From: Octopus bimaculoides
Lineage: Eukaryota
Assembly: GCF_001194135.2 (NCBI RefSeq)
Contig: NC_068982.1
Span: forward strand, 166,454,626 to 166,518,625
Reading direction: 5' to 3'
Length of the DNA stretch: 64,000 nucleotides
The translations under genes were made by a program, and so were the position numbers. The first letter of the stretch is position 1, and each line of letters opens with the position of its first letter. This document shows positions 59,301 to 64,000 of the stretch, piece by piece. Under the pieces are notes generated by a model. That model saw only the letters and a program-made list of their open reading frames with translations, made no database searches and was not told the origin of the DNA.

Positions 59301-61533
59301 AATTTTGTTGAACATACATATGTTTTGATCTGAACAAAATCTTTGGTGCTGATGATAAGGCCACCTCTTTGTAAACTGGACCTGCTGTTCAGAGAGCTGC
59401 TTGAGCAATTTTCAAACTCATATCGTGTAGATGGGAAATCAAAGTAGTCTTTGAAGTTATCAACTTTTTTTGATTCAGCCTTTTAGAAAAAGAAAACATT
59501 AAATAGAAAAACTAAACCTTTCTATGGAGGACTGTAGTTTGCAAAAACCTTGGAGACCTTTATCAATGTATTACTTCAAAATAAAAAAAAATTAAAAAAA
59601 ACCTGCATACTTGCAAAATTGAAATAACAATTAAGATAAATTGTTCTCTAACAGATGTAGCCATGGCCATGTAAAGAACTTCATTTTGCAACCACATATT
59701 TTGGGGTTCCACCTCATTATATGGCAGCTTGGACAAGTGTTTTCTTTGGCCTCAAGACAACTAATGCCTTCATCATCATCATCATCATCGTTTAACGTCC
59801 GCTTTCCATGCTAGCATGGGTTGGACGATTTGACTGAGGACTGGTGAAACCGGATGGCAACACCAGGCTCCAGTCTGATTTGGCAGAGTTTCTACAGCCT
59901 TATAAGTAAAATTTGGTAGAAAGAAATTATACAGAAGCATATGTGTGTGTGTGTGTGCACACACACACATACATGTGGGTGTGCATGTATTTGTATTAAT
60001 CTGCATATGTATCCAAACTAGCACTATTTCAGAATTGGTAATATGTTTGTGTTTCTTACAAACAAAACATCTAATGGTTGTTCAATGAGCAAAGGCATGA
60101 AACAAAGTACCTTATTTGAAAAAGAAGTAAGTGTTGGCATCAGGAAGGGTAAGCAGCAATAGAATACTACTTCATGTAGTTTTATCCAATTCATACCAGA
60201 ATGGTAAGTTGTTTCATTGGTAATATTTTAATGCAAGAAACATTTGATAATTTATTATAACTACATAATAATTCTAACAAAAGGCAATTAATCTACCACT
60301 GATTTCAAGGCACAATGTTCATCCTGCTGTTTACCTTTCATAAAAAATAACATGCCATGGAAATCAAGTCAATATAATCTGAATGATCGTCACCCCTCCT
60401 ACTCTTTCTCCTCTATTCATCTTGATCAACATCAATGTCTAAATATTTCATGTCACATCAAACATCTCCCAGTGTTTCTTTAGAGCTCCCTAAAAGCAGG
60501 AGCCATGAACCTGGAAACTAGCTATTTTCTTCAGCCTAACAAGCCTTCAGTCATGTACTGCAAGTGACCAAACCAATGATGTCTTGTTTCTCTGACAGAT
60601 TCTTCAACAATGAGCAGATGAAGGTAACTTCTCAACTCTGGCAAATTATGATACATGAAACTATGATGTAATTTTAAGACATGCAGTTTTAGACATTTGC
60701 CAAATTAGATTGGAGCCTGGTGTTGCCATCCGGTTTCACCAGTCCTCAGTCAAATCGTCCAACCCATGCTAGCATGGAAAGCGGACGTTAAACGATGATG
60801 ATGATGATGATAGTGTCATTAGAATATGATAGCACATCAACCACACATAAAAATATCATAAAGGTATATAACACATCTTCTAATATATTGAAGATTATAG
60901 CAGGATAAAATAGCTCTCATTTCTCTATCCTGATATACAGGAACAGTTTTCTGTAATTATCATGATTTGAAGAGTTAAGAAAAGGGTTTTCTAGGCACAG
61001 TTCTTCTTGGACTGATGAATAAAGAAAAATTACAGAAAAACTGAACAAGTCAACTCAACTATTTAATGAAAATTTCAGTATTTGAACTATTCAGTCACTC
61101 CATACATGCAACTCATGTAAATGAAACAGATTTTTAGCCAAGTACTTTCTAACATAACAATTCTGATACTGACAAAAGAATCTTACTTTATAGATGAGCA
61201 AGTCATGGATTGTGTCTTTTAATGTAGTACCATCCTCATTCATTAGTTTGATGAATGCCATAGCAAATGGTTTCTCCAGTTTGTCTTTGCCTGTTAAGAC
61301 ATATATAATCAAAGGATTAATTTATCTGAAATACTTTAACAGCAGTTTTATATATAAGGGAGGGAGAGAGTAAACAAAACTAAGAACACACAGAGGACGT
61401 CAAAATCCCACTCTCATTTTTGCTAATATAAAGTATATGGAATGCAAAGTCACATACCTTCACTTGAGGAACGATGTTTAAATAGGAATTTCAGATGAAG
61501 ACCTCGGAATTCTTCTTCAGTGGAAATAGCAAC
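19005..61533 (-). CDS. DOCK1: Dedicator of cytokinesis DOCK-A family Rac GEF (DOCK1/2/5, DOCK180-like); spliced, 37 exons in window, 5' end outside window
   Basis: Hand-spliced exons join in one frame (4074 nt, 1357 aa + stop) with GT-AG boundaries. Family motifs: DHR-1 [27 protein letters not shown]; ARM region [17 protein letters not shown] (DOCK1/2/5-type rather than DOCK3/4); DHR-2 [42 protein letters not shown]. Exact paralogue assignment needs a phylogeny; the invertebrate gene is probably a co-orthologue of DOCK1/2/5. Confidence 0.96.
19465..19822 (-). mobile_element. CORE-type SINE with internal (CA)/(TA) microsatellite
   Basis: CAGTCATTTAACTGCAGCTATGCTGGAGCAC...GGCCAAGGTGCCATGCAGTAGGACTGAACCC. 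Confidence 0.8.
20187..21376 (-). mobile_element. Tc1-family (DD34E) transposon, degenerate, IR/DR-type 3' terminal repeat
   Basis: FSDE (D1), FQHDNDSKH (D2), SPDLNSIE (E) with 34 residues between D2 and E; TVKH..MLWGCM. Terminus CAGTATTTCACAGAAGTATGTACACCCC at 20187 and inner repeat CAAAAATATGTACAACCT at 20381. Stops and frameshifts 5' of 20892; 5' end lost at a SINE and gap. Confidence 0.9.
21377..21486 (-). mobile_element. CORE-type SINE 3' end, cut by assembly gap
   Basis: CAGTCATTTGACTGTGGCCATGCTGGAGCACCGCCTTTAGTCGAGCAAATCGACCC. Confidence 0.8.
22182..22385 (-). mobile_element. Young RTE LINE 3' tail with (CAT)n
   Basis: (CAT)n-CGTTTAACGTCCGCTTTCCATGC...GCCCTTCCTAACGCCAACCACTC. Confidence 0.88.
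22550..22704 (-). CDS. DOCK1: DOCK exon 36: [52 protein letters not shown]
   Basis: long polypyrimidine tract, cag/AA..AAA/gtaaga; 155 nt; PPPLPEK SH3-ligand motif. Confidence 0.88.
23144..23175. repeat. (AGGC)n microsatellite
   Basis: AGGCAGGCAGGC run. Confidence 0.85.
24159..24300 (-). CDS. DOCK1: DOCK exon 35: [47 protein letters not shown]
   Basis: ttcctccag/CTA..G/gtaatt; 142 nt. Confidence 0.82.
24442..24673 (-). CDS. DOCK1: DOCK exon 34: [16 protein letters not shown]...[11 protein letters not shown]
   Basis: ttttccag/G..CAG/gtttgt; 232 nt, open, phase 2 to 0. Confidence 0.82.
24947..25846 (-). mobile_element. Mariner element, internally deleted and degenerate, TIRs intact
   Basis: TIRs TATTGGGTCATCCCATGAATAATG / CATTATTCATGGGATGACTTAATA with TA ends; remnant peptides MEVTKEHI.., [43 protein letters not shown]. 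Confidence 0.9.
26839..26942 (-). CDS. DOCK1: DOCK exon 33: [34 protein letters not shown]
   Basis: cag/ATT..GA/gtaagt; 104 nt; low-complexity Ser-rich tail, supported by splice sites and phase only. Confidence 0.82.
28334..28465 (-). CDS. DOCK1: DOCK exon 32: [44 protein letters not shown]
   Basis: tag/GGT..CGG/gtaagg; 132 nt; end of DHR-2. Confidence 0.94.
28619..28711 (-). CDS. DOCK1: DOCK exon 31: [31 protein letters not shown]
   Basis: tag/GAG..CAG/gtaatt; 93 nt. Confidence 0.93.
29256..29429 (-). CDS. DOCK1: DOCK exon 30: [13 protein letters not shown]...[21 protein letters not shown] (DHR-2 lobe C, nucleotide-sensor helix)
   Basis: cag/GTT..AAA/gtaaat; 174 nt. Confidence 0.96.
29518..29604 (-). 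CDS. DOCK1: DOCK exon 29: [29 protein letters not shown]
   Basis: tag/GAC..GTG/gtgagt; 87 nt. Confidence 0.96.
29971..30043 (-). CDS. DOCK1: DOCK exon 28: [25 protein letters not shown]
   Basis: cag/C..AAG/gtaaac; 73 nt. Confidence 0.94.
30087..30420 (-). mobile_element. RTE LINE 3' UTR/tail fragment (older)
   Basis: CATCATCATTTAATGTCCACTTTCCATGCTGGCATGGG...GGATGCCCTTCCTAACGCCAACCACTC. Confidence 0.82.
30482..30563 (-). CDS. DOCK1: DOCK exon 27: [27 protein letters not shown]
   Basis: cag/AC..AG/gtaagt; 82 nt. Confidence 0.94.
30564..30797 (-). other. U12-type (minor spliceosome) GT-AG intron, 234 nt
   Basis: Donor GTATCCTTTC; branch site TTTCTTTAAC (30583-30574) 10 nt from the 3' end; no polypyrimidine tract (..TAAGAGACAG). 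Confidence 0.9.
30798..30852 (-). CDS. DOCK1: DOCK exon 26: [18 protein letters not shown]
   Basis: cag/AAA..T/gtatcctt (U12 donor); 55 nt. Confidence 0.94.
31293..31379 (-). CDS. DOCK1: DOCK exon 25: [29 protein letters not shown]
   Basis: tag/AAC..GAA/gtaagt; 87 nt. Confidence 0.96.
32229..32333 (-). CDS. DOCK1: DOCK exon 24: [35 protein letters not shown]
   Basis: tag/AAA..CAG/gtttgt; 105 nt. Confidence 0.95.
32473..32562 (-). CDS. DOCK1: DOCK exon 23: [30 protein letters not shown]
   Basis: cag/ATG..CTG/gtatgt; 90 nt. Confidence 0.96.
33601..34036 (+). mobile_element. 5'-truncated young RTE LINE: ORF2 C-terminus ([17 protein letters not shown]), tandem-unit 3' UTR and (GAT)n tail
   Basis: ATGACCGAGACCTTTGGAAATGTGCTGTGCGTGAGAAGACCCGGCAAGCCAAGTAA followed by repeated GTTGCCAGT..GACTGGC..GGCAC units. 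Confidence 0.88.
34143..34262 (-). CDS. DOCK1: DOCK exon 22: [40 protein letters not shown]
   Basis: cag/TGG..AAG/gtaagt; 120 nt. Confidence 0.95.
35529..35660 (-). CDS. DOCK1: DOCK exon 21: [44 protein letters not shown] (DHR-2 lobe A)
   Basis: aag/AAT..GAA/gtaagt; 132 nt. Confidence 0.96.
36278..36480 (+). mobile_element. tRNA-derived SINE (second family)
   Basis: A-box-like TGGCAGAATTG, B-box-like GAGTTCAAATGCC, then GTCGACTTTGCCTTTCAT..TAAGTACCAGTTGAGCAC. Confidence 0.75.
36844..37000 (-). CDS. DOCK1: DOCK exon 20: [12 protein letters not shown]...[16 protein letters not shown]
   Basis: tag/C..TTG/gtaagt; 157 nt. Confidence 0.95.
38004..38255 (-). mobile_element. RTE LINE 3' UTR/tail fragment
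   Basis: (CAT)n tail, GGATGCCCTTCCTAACGCCAACCACTC and tandem units. Confidence 0.82.
38543..38628 (-). CDS. DOCK1: DOCK exon 19: [28 protein letters not shown]
   Basis: tag/GTT..AT/gtaagt; 86 nt. Confidence 0.95.
40140..40240 (-). CDS. DOCK1: DOCK exon 18: [34 protein letters not shown]
   Basis: cag/TT..GAG/gtaaat; 101 nt. Confidence 0.95.
40977..41048 (-). CDS. DOCK1: DOCK exon 17: [24 protein letters not shown]
   Basis: tag/AT..A/gtaagt; 72 nt. Confidence 0.95.
41361..41910 (-). mobile_element. Truncated RTE LINE: ORF2 3' remnant joined to tandem-unit 3' UTR
   Basis: Minus-strand remnant [56 protein letters not shown] followed by the same UTR module. Confidence 0.85.
42255..42312. repeat. 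15-bp minisatellite (TGTTGTGGACAATGG), 3-4 units
   Basis: Direct inspection. Confidence 0.75.
42431..42489 (-). CDS. DOCK1: DOCK exon 16: [20 protein letters not shown]
   Basis: cag/A..G/gtatgt; 59 nt. Confidence 0.95.
43751..43944 (+). mobile_element. Mariner-derived MITE (about 194 bp)
   Basis: TIRs CAAGGGTGCTGAAAAGTTCCTGGCTTT / AAAGCCAGGAACTTTTCAGTGACCCCTC; internal [12 protein letters not shown] resembles a mariner transposase C-terminus. Confidence 0.85.
44065..44165 (-). CDS. DOCK1: DOCK exon 15: [33 protein letters not shown]
   Basis: tag/CTA..AG/gtaaga; 101 nt. Confidence 0.95.
44354..44727 (-). mobile_element. RTE LINE 3' UTR/tail with tandem units
   Basis: Tail module plus repeated GGAGCCAGTCAGGCAGCACTGG units. 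Confidence 0.82.
45518..45590 (-). CDS. DOCK1: DOCK exon 14: [25 protein letters not shown]
   Basis: cag/C..GAG/gtaggt; 73 nt. Confidence 0.92.
45715..45908 (-). CDS. DOCK1: DOCK exon 13: [14 protein letters not shown]...[15 protein letters not shown]
   Basis: cag/GGC..AG/gtattt; 194 nt. Confidence 0.95.
46403..46489 (-). CDS. DOCK1: DOCK exon 12: [29 protein letters not shown]
   Basis: tag/GTT..GTG/gtaagt; 87 nt. Confidence 0.93.
47258..47385 (-). CDS. DOCK1: DOCK exon 11: [43 protein letters not shown]
   Basis: cag/CG..AAT/gtaatt; 128 nt. Confidence 0.93.
48173..48279 (-). CDS. DOCK1: DOCK exon 10: [36 protein letters not shown]
   Basis: tag/T..G/gtaagt; 107 nt. Confidence 0.93.
48435..49494 (+). 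mobile_element. Degenerate RTE LINE 3' end with a C/T-rich 3' UTR
   Basis: [63 protein letters not shown]; ends in (GAT)n at about 49494. Confidence 0.88.
50445..50515 (-). CDS. DOCK1: DOCK exon 9: [23 protein letters not shown]
   Basis: cag/GGT..AG/gtaagg; 71 nt. Confidence 0.94.
51264..51978 (+). mobile_element. Young 5'-truncated RTE LINE with long tandem-repeat 3' UTR
   Basis: GAGAAGACCCGGCAAGCCAAGTGA (ORF2 stop), two about 90-bp repeats TTGGACA..GCTTGCGAAGACTT.TTGAGGC, several about 50-bp units, (GAT)n; CpGs retained. Confidence 0.88.
52113..52221 (-). CDS. DOCK1: DOCK exon 8: [37 protein letters not shown]
   Basis: cag/A..CAA/gtaagt; 109 nt. Confidence 0.94.
52722..52850 (-). CDS. 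DOCK1: DOCK exon 7: [43 protein letters not shown]
   Basis: cag/T..AT/gtaagt; 129 nt. Confidence 0.95.
54649..54749 (-). CDS. DOCK1: DOCK exon 6: [33 protein letters not shown]
   Basis: tag/ACC..AG/gtatgt; 101 nt. Confidence 0.95.
54870..55740 (-). mobile_element. Cluster of 3-4 tRNA-derived SINE remnants (second family)
   Basis: Repeated GTCGATTACATCAACCCCAGT..AACTGGTACTTATTTTAT..GGAT.AAAGG..GAAATTTGAACTCAG. Confidence 0.75.
57208..57297 (-). CDS. DOCK1: DOCK exon 5: [30 protein letters not shown]
   Basis: cag/TTT..TTG/gtgagt; 90 nt. Confidence 0.95.
57900..58720 (-). mobile_element. Degenerate non-LTR retrotransposon reverse transcriptase (Jockey/CR1-group-like)
   Basis: [50 protein letters not shown] (decayed GVPQGS and YADD regions). 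Confidence 0.65.
58919..59025 (-). CDS. DOCK1: DOCK exon 4: [36 protein letters not shown]
   Basis: cag/TA..AAG/gtagac; 107 nt; LLGLLKW and VDGEEIVK motifs. Confidence 0.95.
59290..59479 (-). CDS. DOCK1: DOCK exon 3: [19 protein letters not shown]...[12 protein letters not shown]
   Basis: aag/GCT..AATG/gttagt; 190 nt; CSTKLT motif ends DHR-1. Confidence 0.95.
59770..59898 (-). mobile_element. Young RTE LINE 3' tail
   Basis: (CAT)n-CGTTTAACGTCCGCTTTCCATGCTAGCATGGGTTGGACGATTTGACTGAGGACTGGTGAAACCGG. Confidence 0.88.
60698..60811 (+). mobile_element. Young RTE LINE 3' tail, inverted relative to 59770-59898
   Basis: GCCAAATTAGATTGGAGCCTGGTGTTGCCATCCGG...GTTAAACG(ATG)n. Confidence 0.88.
61187..61290 (-). 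CDS. DOCK1: DOCK exon 2: [35 protein letters not shown] (DHR-1)
   Basis: cag/GC..AAA/gtaaga; 104 nt, phase 1 to 0. Confidence 0.95.
61458..61533 (-). CDS. DOCK1: DOCK exon 1 in window: [25 protein letters not shown] (DHR-1)
   Basis: tag/GTT..GAAG/gtatgt; 76 nt, phase 0 to 1. Confidence 0.93.
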
Positions 61534-61741
61534 CTATTATACAAATTATACATACTTAGATGACAAAAATTCAATAAAAATTTATTTTAAGAATTGTGTT
61601 ACATAAATCTCTGCAAGACAAAAACTGAAAATAACTGGGTTTTTTTAATTATAAAAACACATAAATATTATCATAATTGTCATGCTTGATGCCAAACTTG
61701 GCTATAAATGAGGTTTCATAAAATTTTAACAAATTCTTTTA

Positions 61742-61945
61742 TTCTTTTATTTGTTTCAGTCATTTGACTGCAGCCATGCTAGAGCACCACCATTAGTCGA
61801 ACAAATTGACCCCAAGACTTATTCTTTGTAAGCCTAGTACTTATTCTATTGGTCTCTTGTGCTGAACCGCTAAGTTACAGGGATGTAAACACACCAACAC
61901 TGGTTTCAAGTGATGGTGGGGGAACAAACACAGACACACACACAA

Positions 61946-61984
<39 letters not shown>

Positions 61985-62146
61985 ACAGGCTTCTTTCAGT
62001 TTCCATCTATCAAATCCACTCACAAGGCTTTGGTCAGCCAGAGGCTATAGTAAAAGACACTTGCCCAATGCACCACGCAGTGGGACTGAACATAGAACCA
62101 TGTGGTTGGTAAGCAAGCTACTTACCACACAGCCACTCATGTGTCT
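61742..62146 (-). mobile_element. Near full-length tRNA-derived CORE-type SINE (octopus OR-like; family name not verified)
   Basis: Minus-strand head GTGGCTGTGTGGTAAGTAGCTTGCTTACCAACCACATGGTTCTATGTTCAGTCCCACTGCGTGG, CORE-like TTGGGCAAGTGTCTT, internal TA/CA microsatellite. Confidence 0.85.
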
Positions 62147-62674
62147 ATATACATACATACATATATATAAACAAAAACATTATCTTATGTGTTTGTATAT
62201 CTGGTAGGGATGAAAAGGTTGGATTGTATGTTCAAATTGGATACTTTACATTGACCTTTAGCACACTGCATTTTCTCTAGAACTGTTTCCCCAGCCACCA
62301 CCCTGTTACTAGAGAGGAGAAAACTCATACAGTGACATGATGCACCAACAGTGTGCTAAAAGTTATGTGTTCAATTTACCTAACTATTAGGGATAAGTTC
62401 TAAAACTTCTAGGAAAGTTACCTAAAAAATACTGTTGTTCTAGTCAGAAAAAACATTTCATTTTCTTTATGTCCTATGAGCCACAACACTTCATGAAACT
62501 ATACACAGATATAATATGCACAAGTACATCTGTGTAATTACAAAGTTAAATTCACTACCATGCAGTTTTGGGATTTAGTCACACTGCAGGGAATGTTGTC
62601 TATTATAGCATTAGGATTCCCAATACTTTAAGTGTGGAACAAGTTGACAGAAACAGAAAGGAAACCTTTTAATA

Positions 62675-63001
62675 CAGGGCTGGCCAACCTGAGGCCCGCA
62701 GGCCACATGCGGCCCACAGACTTTTATCTTATAGCCCACTTGATACTGTCTTGAAATGGGTTTATCTAAACAAACATTTAAAAAATTTTATCAAAAATTA
62801 AAGATTGTAATGAAAAGTAAAAAAGATACTACTGTTTTTGCAATGTTAATATTTCATGTTGAATCAAAAGATCATTCATTCATTATTGTAATAATAGCAT
62901 GAGACAATAAAATGCTTCCAATTCTTCAGTATACAAGTGGCCCTCAATAAGCTTTCTGTGATTAAAGTGGCCCACAATGTAATTTGAGTTGGATAGGCCT
63001 T
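62675..63001. mobile_element. hAT (Charlie-type) MITE
   Basis: 5' end CAGGGCTGGCCAACCTGAGGCCCGCAGGCC; 3' end TTTGAGTTGGATAGGCCT; flanks TTTTAATA / CTTTAATG resemble a decayed 8-bp TSD. Confidence 0.7.
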
Positions 63002-64000
63002 CTTTAATGCATGTGTAGATGTTGCTCCTTCATTAAGACAGCACCACCAAAAGACATTGATTTTGTTTACATTCTTCAGTGAAACAAAAGCCCTCATGGT
63101 TCAAATGCTTCACCAGTTTTGGTGAGTGAGGACTAATGGAATGAAATTACATTGCTTGACATTACTTGAAATTACATTACTTGACAAAACAGGTAAGTTG
63201 GTGACAGAAAAAGCATATACCCAAACTTGCATCAACAAGTTTCATCTAACTCAATCAGAATAGAAAAATGATGATTATATATATATATATATATATATAT
63301 AATTATTCAATATTAACAGTTTTGTATTAGAAAACCAGGAATTTATACAAGGCTGTAAAAGAAGTGCTCAAACTAGTTGAGACATAGGTACAAAGTTAAT
63401 TGCAGAATAAAACCGTTAGGTCATCGACTCGAAAAGCCGTAGCCCACTAATGACCACATATAAGAAGTACAACATAGACCACAAAAACCAAATTAGTAAA
63501 GGGAGGTCAAAATTTTTATACATAAGAATAAAAATCAATTAAAAATACAATAGAATAATATAAATAAATAAATAAACAGTGATTAAAAATTGATTAAAAA
63601 TATTAGAGACTGGTAAAAATACAGTAGAATAAAAATATATATATATAGAAAAAATATAGAGAAAAAAAATAATATATAGGGAGATGTAGCACAACAGTTC
63701 ATTCGCTGAGGCCAATAGCCAAAAAAAAAAAAAAAAAAATTCAAGACAAGTAGTACGAAAGTTCAACTACTTCTCTCATGACAGCAAATTTAGTAGGTAA
63801 AATCCAATTTGATAAACAGGAATACCAAAGCACATGGGACAAAACAACAACAGAACATCCAAAGTGTGGCAAAGTAAAATCCAAGTTTCACCATTCTGCA
63901 GGTAACATCAGTAAAGTCAAACCATAAACATCATTTACAGTGGATTACGAGTATAGGTGGAACACAAACACAGAACACCTATGACCATTTCGGGGGTATA

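Noticed and set aside
62040-62146. tRNA-like sequences
   Set aside because: SINE heads with A/B boxes fused to CORE-type bodies; no complete cloverleaf.
63000-64000. Search for the next upstream DOCK exon (YYQ..PRW.ET.K)
   Set aside because: No matching frame with splice sites; it presumably lies beyond the window.

Overview
AT-rich eukaryotic genomic DNA from a gapped draft assembly (7 N-gaps). The RTE LINE tails ending in (GAT)n, CORE-type SINEs and AT/AC microsatellites point to an octopus genome (inference). The main feature is a minus-strand DOCK-A gene (DOCK1/2/5, DOCK180/Mbc/CED-5-type Rac GEF). I reconstructed 37 coding exons by hand (61533 down to the stop at 19005). All are GT-AG and phase-consistent: 4074 nt, 1357 aa, covering the C-terminal part of DHR-1 (C2), the ARM region, DHR-2 and a proline-rich tail. 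The 5' exons lie beyond the window. One intron (30564-30797) is a U12-type minor-spliceosome intron. The left end carries an uninterrupted 602-aa hAT transposase ORF whose catalytic Glu reads Lys. The introns hold a Tc1 IR/DR element, two mariner derivatives, a hAT MITE, many 5'-truncated RTE LINEs (some nearly identical and inverted), SINEs and decayed hammerhead-like motifs. I found no evidence of a wholly new multi-gene system. The best leads are the U12 intron, the catalytically altered hAT ORF, the inverted RTE pairs (dsRNA/ADAR/circRNA), the hammerhead-like motifs and two deviations in the DHR-2 GTPase-binding region.
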